Below, piece by piece: positions 21,523 to 31,785 of a stretch of DNA of 64,000 nt; position 1 is the first letter of the stretch, and each line of letters begins with the position of its first letter. The stretch is taken from positions 16,004 through 80,003 of the forward strand of contig JBGFRR010000128.1 in assembly GCA_041695045.1 (NCBI GenBank). The letters run 5' to 3'. The DNA is from Bacteroidota bacterium. Its GTDB lineage: Bacteria > Bacteroidota > Ignavibacteria > UBA10030. The translations under genes were made by a program, and so were the position numbers. The notes under the pieces are model-generated. The model had not been told where the DNA came from. It saw only the letters and a program-made list of their open reading frames with translations, and searched no databases.

Positions 21523-22863
21523 ATGAAAATCATCATCGTTGGAGCAGGAGAGGTTGGATTTCATCTTGCGAAGATTCTCTCGCAGGAGAAGCACGACATT
21601 ATCGTCATCGATAGGGATGCAGAACGCATCGGACGCGTCAATGAAGCGCTGGATGTGATGACGGTTGTCGGAAGCGGCAGTCAGCTCAGTTGCTTGGAGC
21701 GCGTGGGAGTGAAGGACGCGGACATGCTGATCGCCGTCACGTCCATCGACGAAGTCAATCTCACCTGTTGCTTATTAGCACACAAGTTGGGGGCGAAGAA
21801 GATCATCGCCCGCGTCAACGACCCGGAGTTTCTTTCCGCCGAAAGCCCGTTGTTCCCCGAAGATTTCGGCATCGACCTCGTGATCTATCCCGAAGGGCTG
21901 GCGGCGCAAGAGATTGTCCGCCTTATCCGTCGTTCTGCCGCAACCGATGTGTTGGAGTTTGCCGAGGGACGCATCCAGCTGATCGGTATCCGCGTGGATG
22001 ACGGCAGTCCTCTCATCAACCGCAAGCTGCGTGATATCGTTGCAGGGTATCGGGAAGTACCGTTCCGCGCTGTTGCGATCCATCGCGGTATTCGCACGAT
22101 CATCCCAACCGGCGACGATGTGTTCCGCAAGGGTGATCAGGCATTTGTAATCTCGAAGGTAGAGCGTGTTCAGGAGATGCTGAGAATCTCGGGGAAGGAC
22201 ACAACGACCTTCGAGCGCGTGATGATCCTCGGCGGCGGACGAATCGGTCAACACGTGGCGGAAGAATTGCAGAGCGAAATGTCCGTCAAGCTCATCGAAT
22301 CCAGCAAAGAAACCTCCCAGCGGCTTGCCGATACGCTCCGCAAGACGATGGTGATCCAGGGGGAAGGGAAGGACCTCGACCTCCTTGCCACCGAGGGCAT
22401 CATGGATATGGATGCCTACATTGCGACGACACGCGACGAAGAAGACAATATTATTTCTTGCCTCATGGCGAAGCATCTCGGCGTGAAGAAGACCGTGGCG
22501 CACGTGGAGCGGCTCGACTACATTCCACTTGCCAATACAATCGGCATCGATGCGCTCGTGAACAAGAAGCTTTCGGCTGCGAACGCGATTCTCAAGTTCA
22601 TCCGGAAGGGCGAGGTCGTTTCGGTGGCCACGCTCCACGGCGTTGAGGCGGAGGTGATCGAAATGGTTGCGCAGCAGGGGTCGGCGGTAACAAAGAAGCC
22701 GTTGCGCGAGCTGAAATTCCCGGAAGGCGCCATCATCGGTTGCGTCATTCATAACGGAAGCGTCACGATACCCATCGGCGCAACGCGCATCAATCCGCAT
22801 GACCGCGTTGTTGTGTTCACACTGCCGAAAGCGATTAAGGAAGTTGAACGGTTCTTCAGCTAA
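21523..22863 (+). CDS. trkA: Trk potassium-uptake system NAD-binding subunit
   Basis: MKIIIVGAGEVGFHLA Rossmann start and duplicated TrkA-N/TrkA-C domain layout. 446 aa. Confidence 0.85.
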   Translation: MKIIIVGAGEVGFHLAKILSQEKHDIIVIDRDAERIGRVNEALDVMTVVGSGSQLSCLERVGVKDADMLIAVTSIDEVNLTCCLLAHKLGAKKIIARVNDPEFLSAESPLFPEDFGIDLVIYPEGLAAQEIVRLIRRSAATDVLEFAEGRIQLIGIRVDDGSPLINRKLRDIVAGYREVPFRAVAIHRGIRTIIPTGDDVFRKGDQAFVISKVERVQEMLRISGKDTTTFERVMILGGGRIGQHVAEELQSEMSVKLIESSKETSQRLADTLRKTMVIQGEGKDLDLLATEGIMDMDAYIATTRDEEDNIISCLMAKHLGVKKTVAHVERLDYIPLANTIGIDALVNKKLSAANAILKFIRKGEVVSVATLHGVEAEVIEMVAQQGSAVTKKPLRELKFPEGAIIGCVIHNGSVTIPIGATRINPHDRVVVFTLPKAIKEVERFFS

Positions 22864-22866
22864 GGT

Positions 22867-24318
22867 ATGCGCCTCGTCCCCGTTCTCAGCGTTATCGGTT
22901 TTCTTCTCTGCGCTGTCGGAGCAGCAATGCTCTCAGCGCTGGCATTTTCGTGGTACTATGATGGACCGGATTTCCAGCCGATCCTTCTCTCAGGGCTCAT
23001 TACGATTGCCGTTGGCATGTTCTTGCTTCTGTTTATGAGACGACTCGACGGGGGCGAACTCCGAGTGCGGGAAGGATTTGCCGTCGTCACGTTCGGGTGG
23101 ATGATTGTTCCGCTCTTCGGTTGTCTCCCGTTCCTGCTCTCCGGCACGATTCCCTCGTTCACCGACGCTTACTTTGAGACGATTTCGGGCTTTACGACCA
23201 CCGGTGCTTCCATTGTTCCCGCCGTTGAAGCATTGCCTCATGGACTCCTCTATTGGCGCTCACTGACGCATTGGTTGGGCGGGATGGGCATCATCGTGCT
23301 CTCGATTGCCATCCTGCCGTTGCTCGGAATCGGCGGCATGCAGTTGTTTCGTGCTGAAGTAGCCGGCCCAATGAAAGACAAGCTTACTCCCCGGGTTGCC
23401 GAAACAGCGAGACTCCTCTGGGGGCTGTACGTTCTCTTGACGGCAGCACAAACGGCGCTTCTTATGGTGGGTGGAATGTCTTTTTTTGACGCTCTCTGCC
23501 ATTCGTTTGCCACGATTTCCACCGGAGGGTTTTCAACGAAGAACGCGAGCCTCGCTTCATTTGATTCAGCGTACTTCGACTGGGTTGTGGTCGTGTTTAT
23601 GTTCTTGGGGGGGACGAACTTCGCACTGCACTATGCTGCGCTCAAAGGGGACGTCAGGAGCTACTTCAAGGACAACGAGTTCGTGTTCTTCTCGGTGAGT
23701 GTACTCGTTGCCATCGCACTTGTTACCATCGCGATAGCCGGGGATACCTATGCTGGCGACCTGCTCCGCGCTGTCCGGTTTGCCGCGTTCAACGTCGTCT
23801 CGGTCATGACGTGCACCGGGTTTGCCAATGCGGACTTCGCCGTCTGGGCTCCACTGGCACAAATCGTTCTCTTCTTGGCGATGTTCCCGGGCGCTTCAGC
23901 AGGCTCGACCGGAGGCGGCATGAAGCATATCCGGGTCCTGTTGTTGTTGAAAACTGCTCTGAATGAACTGAAGAAACTTGTCCATCCCCGAGCGGTCGTC
24001 CCGATTCGATTCAACGGCAGGATGGTGGAAGTGGAAGTCCTCTTCACTATTGGCGGCTTCCTCATTCTCTACCTTGTGACGTTTTCGACGGCATCGATCA
24101 TCATAACATCGACGGGGCTGGATATTGTGACGTCCATGAGCGCTGTGGCTTCTTCGATGGCAAACATCGGACCCGGCCTCGGCTCCGTTGGCCCCATGGC
24201 TAGCTACGCTCACCTAACCGACTTTGCCAAGTGGATCCTCAGCGCCTGCATGCTCCTCGGACGTCTTGAGATTTTTACTGTCTTCGTCCTCCTCAGCTCT
24301 GCGTTTTGGAAGAAATAG
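22867..24318 (+). CDS. trkH: Trk potassium-uptake membrane subunit
   Basis: Polytopic membrane protein immediately after trkA. GFTTTGASI / STGGFST selectivity-filter-like glycine motifs. Confidence 0.85.
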   Translation: MRLVPVLSVIGFLLCAVGAAMLSALAFSWYYDGPDFQPILLSGLITIAVGMFLLLFMRRLDGGELRVREGFAVVTFGWMIVPLFGCLPFLLSGTIPSFTDAYFETISGFTTTGASIVPAVEALPHGLLYWRSLTHWLGGMGIIVLSIAILPLLGIGGMQLFRAEVAGPMKDKLTPRVAETARLLWGLYVLLTAAQTALLMVGGMSFFDALCHSFATISTGGFSTKNASLASFDSAYFDWVVVVFMFLGGTNFALHYAALKGDVRSYFKDNEFVFFSVSVLVAIALVTIAIAGDTYAGDLLRAVRFAAFNVVSVMTCTGFANADFAVWAPLAQIVLFLAMFPGASAGSTGGGMKHIRVLLLLKTALNELKKLVHPRAVVPIRFNGRMVEVEVLFTIGGFLILYLVTFSTASIIITSTGLDIVTSMSAVASSMANIGPGLGSVGPMASYAHLTDFAKWILSACMLLGRLEIFTVFVLLSSAFWKK

Positions 24319-24505
24319 CCCTCTTTATTTCCTCACACCAGCGACGGCTTTCGGGGGCGTTTGTCAAGCCTCTCTCTTAACAATTTCTTAACACTGTGCC
24401 CTTCCTGCATAACACACTCCTCGTTCGTGTGTTACTCACGCACTCCCTCTTCAGTGCGGTATATAAAGAGAAAGTAGACCCACCTATTTCATTCTGCGCT
24501 GACGC

Positions 24506-24536
24506 AACACCGTCTCCGGCGGTGTTTTTCTTTTCT
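24506..24536 (+). terminator. putative rho-independent terminator downstream of trkH (acaccg/cggtgt stem plus TTTTTCTTTTCTG)
   Basis: Inverted repeat followed by a T-run on the + strand, about 190 nt after the trkH stop. Confidence 0.4.
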
Positions 24537-24773
24537 GCGCCACTTCACGATTTCTTAACATTCAGTCCTTCCACCGTTAACACACGCGTCTATATTTGGT
24601 GCTGTGTACGGAGTGAGTGTATGGGCGATTCCCCTCCGCTGGGTTCCGAGCGTAGGGGCGATTCATGTCGAAGATCCCGCCGAAGGCGGGGAATCGCCCT
24701 TTCACAAAAAGGTAACGTCCGCATGAAGTTCACTTCACAGTCCGCCTGTATATTGCGGCAAGGAGAAGAAGTC

Positions 24774-27527
24774 ATGAACAGGAGAAAACAGTTCGGTGCA
24801 GCAATCGTCGCATGTGCGATTGCTTTGATGGGTGCGATGCTCGGTAGCGCGACGATGCCCGGTCTGCTGTCGGGACAGACGTTCGAACGAGGAGTGATCA
24901 CCGGGCGTGTCATAGACTCCGAGACGGGCGAGTCATTGATCGGAGTGAACGTCGTCATTGAAGGCACCACACGTGGCGCCGCAACGGATGTCGAGGGGCG
25001 TTTTACGATCCAGAACGTTGAGCCGGGGCGCTACACGCTTGTGGTGTCGATTGTGTCGTACGCGCGCAAACGCATCGAGAACCTCAGCGTGAAGTCGGGG
25101 CAAGCCGTCTCGCTTCATATCGTGATGACGCCGGAAGTGATCCAAACGCAGGAGGTGGTTGTCGAGGCGCGGGCTGTTCTTTCGTCTGAAGGCGCTCTCC
25201 TTGCGCAGCATCGAAAGGCGCCGGCAATCAGCGACGGCATCAGCGCCGAACAGATCAAGCGAACGCCGGATGCGACTTCGAGCGACGCGCTGAAACGATT
25301 GACAGGCATTTCGATTGTGGATAACAAGTTCATCTTTGTTCGCGGAGTCACCGATCGCTATAACCAGACGATGTTAAATGGTATACCCGTCACGAGCACC
25401 GATGCGGAAAAGAGAAGTTTTTCTTTCGATATGGTACCTGCAAACCTCTTAGAAAACACTATCGTGGTCAAAAGTGCCACGCCGGACCTCCCTGGGGATT
25501 TCACAGGTGGCTTGGTGCAACTGAATACACTGGATTTTCCCGATCAGACTGTGCTGCGTGCGAGTATTGGTTCAGCTTACAACTCCATGACAACGTGGAA
25601 GCCAATCTTTGGATCTGCATCGGGAAGAACAGATTGGCTTGGGTTTGATGACGGCTCCAGAGCATTTCCAGGGAATGGCACGAGCAGTGGAGAGCTTGCC
25701 CGCTCTTTGCCGAACAACTGGGCGCCCCGATCGTTTCGCGCACCGACAAATACAGCTTTTTCGTTCGTATATGGGAGCGTGTTTGAAGAATTAGGCGGAG
25801 AAAGCAATCAACTTGGCGTCATCACGGCGGTCACGTACCGGGGTTCTTTCCAGAGGAATGAGAAGATTATCGACGATGACGTTCATCTGAGGTATAACGT
25901 GGGAACAAAGGATGAATATTCAGTTTTGCTCAGTGCCCTGGCGAATCTAAGTTACAAGTTTGCCGAAACCCACAAGGTGAGCTTGAAGAACAACTCTATT
26001 CAGACTGGAGAGGACGAGGTAAGCAAGATTCGCTCTGAAGATAACGGGACCATGCTGGAAAACGTGTACACCATTGTCAACTGGAACCAGCGGTCGATGT
26101 ATTCGGGTCAACTGACGGGCGAACACGTGCTTTCGCAGTTGGGTGGAATTTCGGTGGATTGGCGGGCATCGCTCTCAACTTCCAAGAGCGAAGTTCCTGA
26201 TAGAAAAGAAGTGACATATTATCGGTGGCTAGGAAATACTTCGGATCCGTTTGAGGCTGCCACCAACCAGAGGTCATGGAGTAAGTTGAATGACAAGGTC
26301 GGTGCACTTGGGCTGGATATGACAGTACCACTGAATATTCTGAAGATCAAAGCCGGGTTCCAGTCAGAGTCGAAGAAAACGGACTACAGAATACGGTATT
26401 TCAATGTATCGGCGGATTATCCCGGAGGAGCCTCAAGCGATTTAACGACGCTGCCTCTGGAGAAGATTTATGACCCGGCCAATTATGGTCGAGGAAAATT
26501 CCTCTTCAACGAATCTTCGAAGGCAACCGACACCTACGATGCCGCGCAATCGCTGGCTGCCGCGTATATTATGGCCGATGTTCCGTTTGAGCTCATGAAT
26601 GAGAAATTCCGTTTTGTAGGTGGTGCCAGGCTCGAAGAATCCTCCCAGCGTGTGAATGTTCCGAGAACGCTTCTGCCGGGCGGGCCTGTGGAAACGACCG
26701 AATTGAGGAATTCCGATCTGCTTCCTTCCTTTAATTTGACCTATACCATCAATACTATCATGAACCTGCGGTTTGCCTATTCGCACTCAGTGAACAGGCC
26801 GGAGTTCCGGGAGCTCGCGCCAACGGGGTTCTACGATTTCGTCAAATACGAATCGGTGGGAGGAAATCCGAACCTCAAAAGGTCGCTTGCAAAGAATTAT
26901 GACATACGCTTTGAAATGTTTCCAGGGATTGGTGAGCTCATTGCCGTCAGCTATTTTCGAAAACAGATCGTCAATGCGATCGAAGAACAACTTGTACACA
27001 CATCGACGAGAGCGAGGTCATGGTTCAATTCTGATATCGCCGTGAATTCCGGGTGGGAATTTGAGGTGAGAAAATCACTGGGCTTCCTGGGTGGATTGTT
27101 CCAGCATTTCTCGCTCTCGTGCAACTACACTCGTGTGTATTCTGCGGTGGATTTTCTCCTGACGTCGGGCAACTCGCTTGAAACGGTCACAACGGTGAAC
27201 CAACGACCGATGCAGGGCCAATCCCCCTATATGGTGAATGCTTCACTGTTTTTCTCAGAACCATCACTCGGGACTTCAATCAATATTCTCTACAACAAAT
27301 TCGGACGAAGGTTGGACGCTGTTGGATTCCTGACTTCTGATATTTACGAAGAACCGCGAGACCTCGTGGATCTCTCGATTTCACAGCGTGTCTGGACGGG
27401 ATTCGAGGCAAAATTCACAGTCAGAAACTTGACAAACCAGAAAAGAGTTTTCACGCGTGATGGAAAGATGTACGAGCAGACGGCAAGCGGGTCGACATAC
27501 TCACTCCAATTCTCGCAATCGTTCTAA
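24774..27527 (+). CDS. TonB-dependent outer-membrane receptor with N-terminal carboxypeptidase-regulatory-like domain
   Basis: ATG at 24774 preceded by AGGAGAAG. Signal peptide. GVITGRVIDSETGESLIGVNVVIEGTTRGAATDVEGRFTI CarbopepD_reg-like fold. TonB-box/plug-like region (ISDGISAEQIKRTPDATSSDALKRLTGI). C-terminal beta-barrel ending in aromatic residues. The listed ORF from 24396 is over-extended. Confidence 0.75.
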   Translation: MNRRKQFGAAIVACAIALMGAMLGSATMPGLLSGQTFERGVITGRVIDSETGESLIGVNVVIEGTTRGAATDVEGRFTIQNVEPGRYTLVVSIVSYARKRIENLSVKSGQAVSLHIVMTPEVIQTQEVVVEARAVLSSEGALLAQHRKAPAISDGISAEQIKRTPDATSSDALKRLTGISIVDNKFIFVRGVTDRYNQTMLNGIPVTSTDAEKRSFSFDMVPANLLENTIVVKSATPDLPGDFTGGLVQLNTLDFPDQTVLRASIGSAYNSMTTWKPIFGSASGRTDWLGFDDGSRAFPGNGTSSGELARSLPNNWAPRSFRAPTNTAFSFVYGSVFEELGGESNQLGVITAVTYRGSFQRNEKIIDDDVHLRYNVGTKDEYSVLLSALANLSYKFAETHKVSLKNNSIQTGEDEVSKIRSEDNGTMLENVYTIVNWNQRSMYSGQLTGEHVLSQLGGISVDWRASLSTSKSEVPDRKEVTYYRWLGNTSDPFEAATNQRSWSKLNDKVGALGLDMTVPLNILKIKAGFQSESKKTDYRIRYFNVSADYPGGASSDLTTLPLEKIYDPANYGRGKFLFNESSKATDTYDAAQSLAAAYIMADVPFELMNEKFRFVGGARLEESSQRVNVPRTLLPGGPVETTELRNSDLLPSFNLTYTINTIMNLRFAYSHSVNRPEFRELAPTGFYDFVKYESVGGNPNLKRSLAKNYDIRFEMFPGIGELIAVSYFRKQIVNAIEEQLVHTSTRARSWFNSDIAVNSGWEFEVRKSLGFLGGLFQHFSLSCNYTRVYSAVDFLLTSGNSLETVTTVNQRPMQGQSPYMVNASLFFSEPSLGTSINILYNKFGRRLDAVGFLTSDIYEEPRDLVDLSISQRVWTGFEAKFTVRNLTNQKRVFTRDGKMYEQTASGSTYSLQFSQSF

Positions 27528-27570
27528 ATAACTACGCTTCTTCCATCAACTCTTTCTTTCCGGAGGTTTC

Positions 27571-29289
27571 ATGCGAAAGTTACCTTTACTGCTTCTGATT
27601 CTCGTCGGCGTCAGCTCGTTGTTTGCGCAGCGACCGACCGTTGTTCTGGGTCCGGGCCAAGGGACAGCAAACTTCAGAGTTCCCTTTCATCAAACCGGCC
27701 ATCGAACGTTATCCAGAGATACAACATACCTCCTCACAGGTTGGTATTTCGTTGATTCATTGGCCACCTTGACGATTCAACCGGGCACGCTGATACTCGG
27801 CGACACCGCATCGGCTGCGACGCTCATTATCAAGCGAGGTGCGAAGATTCATGCCAACGGCACACAGACTCAGCCGATCGTGTTCACGAGTTCAAGGCCG
27901 CGGGGTCAGCGGAAAGTGGGAGATTGGGGGGGCATTCTTATCCTTGGCAGCGCGCCAACCAACAAACCGACCTCTCAGCAAATCGAAGGAGGTTTTGGAA
28001 GAGCACATCCCAATACTGATGCACAGTACGGCGGCGCGAATCCTGATGACTCATCCGGCGTGTTTCGTTATGTCCGCATTGAGTTTCCAGGAATTGCGTT
28101 TGAGCAGGACAATGAAATCAACGGCCTGACGTTCGGAGGCGTCGGCAGAAAAACTCTGGTTGAATACATTCAGGTGAGCTATTGTGGAGACGACGATTAC
28201 GAATTCTTTGGCGGCAACGTTGATGCAAAATACCTCGTCAGTTGGAAAACTCTTGATGATAATTTTGACACGGATCATGGATGGTCGGGAAGGATCCAAT
28301 TCGCCTATGCAAAGAGAGACTCGACACTGTTTGACGCATCTGCCCCTGGGACCACCAACGGATTTGAATCCGACAATGAAGGATCGGCCCCGTTCACTTC
28401 AATTCCTCGCACAAGCGGGCGAGTGTCGAACGTCACCATCATTGGGCCTCAATCTGATACCTCTGGCACAGTGAACCCCAAATGGCATCACCTGGCCTTG
28501 ATTCGAAGAGGAAGCGAGTTCAGCATCTACAATTCTATCCTGGTCGGTTATCCTTGGGGCATACAGATCAGAGACACATTGACTCAACGTGCCGCGCTTG
28601 AAGGCCGACTGGAGATTCGAAATACAAGCATTCAGGCGAAGAGCAGGGTCGTCACACACGCAGGAGGGCCCATCGCCGGGTTTGATGCGGCAACATGGTT
28701 CAATACCCCTGCCTTCGGTAACAATGGTGGCACCAGTCCCCGCCAGGCAAGCGATGTCGGTTTTACTTCTGCTGCGTTTAGGTTCGATGCGACACACAAT
28801 CCCGTGCCCAGAGCAGGCTCGGAAGGAGCGACAGCGCCGGCAGCGTTCAGTGTCGGACGGTTGAGCGGAGATACCTGGTTTACGCCTGTAACGTACCGCG
28901 GCGCTTTTAACCCGGCGCTGCCGTTTAGCGCTCAGTGGACAGCCGGTTGGACCAACTTTGACCCTGTGAACACGGATTACTCTAGGGGTGTAACGAGTGT
29001 GGAACAAGTCCACGGAGCGATACCGGTTGCATTCGCGCTGGAGCAGAATTACCCAAATCCCTTCAATCCGAGTACGGTGATCCGGTATTCACTTCCCCAA
29101 GCAACTCGTGTGACATTAAAGGTGTACGACCTCATGGGGAGAGAAGCAGCTGTGCTCGTGGACCGAAACATGACGGCCGGACAATATGAGGTTGTGTTTG
29201 ATGCGAGCGAACTGCCGAGCGGCGTGTACATGTATCAACTCCGGGCGGGGGAGTTCCGCCAGGTCAAGAGGATGGTGCTTGCAAAATAA
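27571..29289 (+). CDS. secreted right-handed beta-helix-like protein with a type-A T9SS C-terminal sorting domain
   Basis: Signal peptide MRKLPLLLLILVGVSSLFAQ. C-terminal NYPNPFNPSTVIRYSLPQATRVTLKVYDLMGREAAVLV...SGVYMYQLRAGEF is a canonical T9SS C-terminal domain. Confidence 0.6.
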   Translation: MRKLPLLLLILVGVSSLFAQRPTVVLGPGQGTANFRVPFHQTGHRTLSRDTTYLLTGWYFVDSLATLTIQPGTLILGDTASAATLIIKRGAKIHANGTQTQPIVFTSSRPRGQRKVGDWGGILILGSAPTNKPTSQQIEGGFGRAHPNTDAQYGGANPDDSSGVFRYVRIEFPGIAFEQDNEINGLTFGGVGRKTLVEYIQVSYCGDDDYEFFGGNVDAKYLVSWKTLDDNFDTDHGWSGRIQFAYAKRDSTLFDASAPGTTNGFESDNEGSAPFTSIPRTSGRVSNVTIIGPQSDTSGTVNPKWHHLALIRRGSEFSIYNSILVGYPWGIQIRDTLTQRAALEGRLEIRNTSIQAKSRVVTHAGGPIAGFDAATWFNTPAFGNNGGTSPRQASDVGFTSAAFRFDATHNPVPRAGSEGATAPAAFSVGRLSGDTWFTPVTYRGAFNPALPFSAQWTAGWTNFDPVNTDYSRGVTSVEQVHGAIPVAFALEQNYPNPFNPSTVIRYSLPQATRVTLKVYDLMGREAAVLVDRNMTAGQYEVVFDASELPSGVYMYQLRAGEFRQVKRMVLAK

Positions 29290-29300
29290 GTAACCCGTCA

Positions 29301-29345
29301 TCTTCCGAAGGTTTCATAGGAATCAGCTCAACCTTCGGAAGGTTT
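29301..29345 (+). terminator. hairpin (12 bp stem cttccgaaggtt/aaccttcggaag) just after the T9SS-substrate gene; possible terminator
   Basis: Perfect 12 bp inverted repeat starting about 12 nt after the stop. The trailing GTTTG is only a weak T-tract. A third partial copy (aaccttccgaaa) lies about 20 nt downstream. Confidence 0.3.
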
Positions 29346-29518
29346 GTCCAGATGGCCGCGCGAACCTTCCGAAACAGCCAATCTTTTGCGGTGATCTGAA
29401 CCCTGCTCTCGTTCGCAGAACATTGATGGGTTGCTGTATCGTAAAATTCCACTTGACTTTACTGTAAAATTCCACTAACACCGAATACATCCACAACCAC
29501 TGCACAAGGTAAGAAGGT

Positions 29519-31768
29519 ATGCACCTTCGTTATTTGCACCTCGCCCGAATCCTTCCTTTTTTCTTCTTTGTCCTTCCACTTTTCTCGCAAGTTATTATCA
29601 AAGAGAAGATTGAAATCAAGCCTCAACTTCCCAACGCGTTCTCTAAACGTGGTGGAGTTACTTCGACGTCGGCAACCTCGTATTATGATCCACCTCCCCT
29701 CATTGTGCGGGATGGGTTACCTACATTAACTCTTCACAGTACAATTACTGTCACAGGGGAAATTGATCAAGACCCGAACAATTTTGCCGCAGGGTGGAAT
29801 GTCATGATCGTTCTCATGAAGGGCTACCAAGAACATATATTACGATGGGTAGGACGATTGCCGGCCGGGCATGGAGGTACTGTTTTTTCACATTCAGCGC
29901 CATTTTCGGGAACGTGGAGCCAAGGTGGAATTGACTTGCGGATGTATCTGTTCGATTATGCGTGGGGAAACGGCACACGTCAAGTAGCTTCCGGAGGAGA
30001 AAGTGTGGTGTTCACGGGAACGCTTCACAGTGTGCAAACATCGCTTCCCATCGCCGGACGCGCGCTGATCTCCGCAACACCGTTAGCAGATGCGCGATTT
30101 GCAGGGTGGCGACTCCATCCAGTAGACACTGTGCTTGAGTCCGGCAAGTCAAGCCGAATTGATGTGGGAACAATGAACGCCAGTGGTTGGCACTATGATC
30201 CGTTGCCGATTCCCGGCGCCGAAGCATTTGCCACAGTACAAGTAACGGGAGGAGATTACGTTTATCTTCAGTGGCTGGAGTGGAGCGGGCAAAGTACCGT
30301 TGAGGGGAAGGAAATCACGATTTCATTGGTAGATCAAGGGACGTTCCGTGGAGGAACATCGTGTTGGTTAGTCTTTGACCCATCCCGCGGCAATTTCAAC
30401 GGATTAGAAGAAGAAGTTGTAGTAACAATAGTAGGAGGAGGAAAATCCGACACTACAAAAATAAAGCTGGTGCGGGTATTGGATCATTTTGAGGTTTTGT
30501 CAGCAAAGGATACAGTTGTGAAGGGGACAACGACTCAGCTGACGGTGATCGCCAAAGATGGGGGTGGTCAGGAGATCGAGATTGATCCGGCACGAGAGGT
30601 GGTGCTGTCACTTTCGGGAGGGATGATCATCGCCGCTGCAAGCAGGCAGCAAACGAAACAAGAGAACCTCGCTTCTCCCCAAGTGCGTGCGAACATCCAT
30701 GCGGCAGATGTCTCTGCAATCTTTGGAAGCTTTGTTGTGAGCGGGACGGACACCATTCCGGATCAGGCGACGGTGCCGTATGGTATAGCACGGGCTGGGG
30801 CGGTACAGTATCTTGCTAATGGTGATATCCCAACGGGTTCGGAGCCTGAGACAATCACCATCCGGGCCGAGGCGGCTGATGATTGGACCAAGTTTGGCGA
30901 GATACAAGTGGTGGTGAAGAAGAGCGCTGCAACGATAGCACTTGATATTCCGACACCCAAAGAGATTTGGCCGACATTGCCGCAGGGGTCTGGAGGAAAT
31001 CCCGGGAAGAGGAACATCAAGGAGCACATCACCCTTACAGCTACACGAGGTGGAGTGCCTGCTGCCAATTATGAGGTCGAAATCTCAGCGACGATGGTTC
31101 TACCTTCAGGTGGGCACGAGCATACGCCGCCGCCGCCCCAAGCTTTGTTAGGGGAGTTAAAGGATATACGAACAGGCAGGAAGGGAAAAGGGACATTGAA
31201 AACAGAGACAGACACTGAAGGAAAGATTGTGCTTGAATACACAGCGCCGGAATTCAGTGGCAAGTTTGAGGTAACAGCGAAATCGACAACGGAACAAGGA
31301 GAAGATAAGGATGAGTTGACCGTGAAGGTACCTGAGTTAACGGAACTGGGGGCAAGTTCGTACTATGAATTAGTTGGCACTCCAGATAATCACAAGGGAA
31401 CCAACGATCCCTGTCGAGATGCGTCATCCTTACGGTCGTTGCATTTTCAGAATCATTATGGAACGGTGAAACTCCTTCAGGCAATTCAGAATATTGCTGC
31501 AGCGTACGCTCAGTTCCATCCCGGAATACGATTGCGAATTAATGATATGAGTCTGGAATACGGCGGATTGTTTGATATCAACAATAACTGGCAAACACCT
31601 CATCGCGGCCATCGGATTGGAGAGAATGCGGACATAGCCTTTATAGGAATCAACCGAGATAATGAGTGTGAAAATCTGAACATAAGACGTTTAGAGAGGC
31701 TGGTTCGAATACACACTCAGAATGAGCCGGTAATGGAAGGAAATCATTATCACATTAAGATGAACTGA
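29519..31768 (+). CDS. large secreted protein with Ig-like repeats and a C-terminal LAS-family (Hedgehog/DD-peptidase fold) zinc-peptidase-like domain
   Basis: Signal peptide MHLRYLHLARILPFFFFVLPLFSQ. C-terminal PHRGHRIGENADIAF (H-x6-D) and NHYH (H-x-H) about 45 aa apart match the LAS metal-ligand spacing. No T9SS C-terminal domain. Lower G+C than the flanks. Confidence 0.4.
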   Translation: MHLRYLHLARILPFFFFVLPLFSQVIIKEKIEIKPQLPNAFSKRGGVTSTSATSYYDPPPLIVRDGLPTLTLHSTITVTGEIDQDPNNFAAGWNVMIVLMKGYQEHILRWVGRLPAGHGGTVFSHSAPFSGTWSQGGIDLRMYLFDYAWGNGTRQVASGGESVVFTGTLHSVQTSLPIAGRALISATPLADARFAGWRLHPVDTVLESGKSSRIDVGTMNASGWHYDPLPIPGAEAFATVQVTGGDYVYLQWLEWSGQSTVEGKEITISLVDQGTFRGGTSCWLVFDPSRGNFNGLEEEVVVTIVGGGKSDTTKIKLVRVLDHFEVLSAKDTVVKGTTTQLTVIAKDGGGQEIEIDPAREVVLSLSGGMIIAAASRQQTKQENLASPQVRANIHAADVSAIFGSFVVSGTDTIPDQATVPYGIARAGAVQYLANGDIPTGSEPETITIRAEAADDWTKFGEIQVVVKKSAATIALDIPTPKEIWPTLPQGSGGNPGKRNIKEHITLTATRGGVPAANYEVEISATMVLPSGGHEHTPPPPQALLGELKDIRTGRKGKGTLKTETDTEGKIVLEYTAPEFSGKFEVTAKSTTEQGEDKDELTVKVPELTELGASSYYELVGTPDNHKGTNDPCRDASSLRSLHFQNHYGTVKLLQAIQNIAAAYAQFHPGIRLRINDMSLEYGGLFDINNNWQTPHRGHRIGENADIAFIGINRDNECENLNIRRLERLVRIHTQNEPVMEGNHYHIKMN

Positions 31769-31785
31769 ATGAAAGAGTATGCAAA

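Noticed and set aside
24396-24773. 126-codon N-terminal extension of the TonB-dependent receptor ORF
   Set aside because: There is no signal peptide at the upstream Met. A strong AGGAGAAG ribosome-binding site plus signal peptide occurs at the internal ATG 24774. The extension runs through the hairpin-rich leader.
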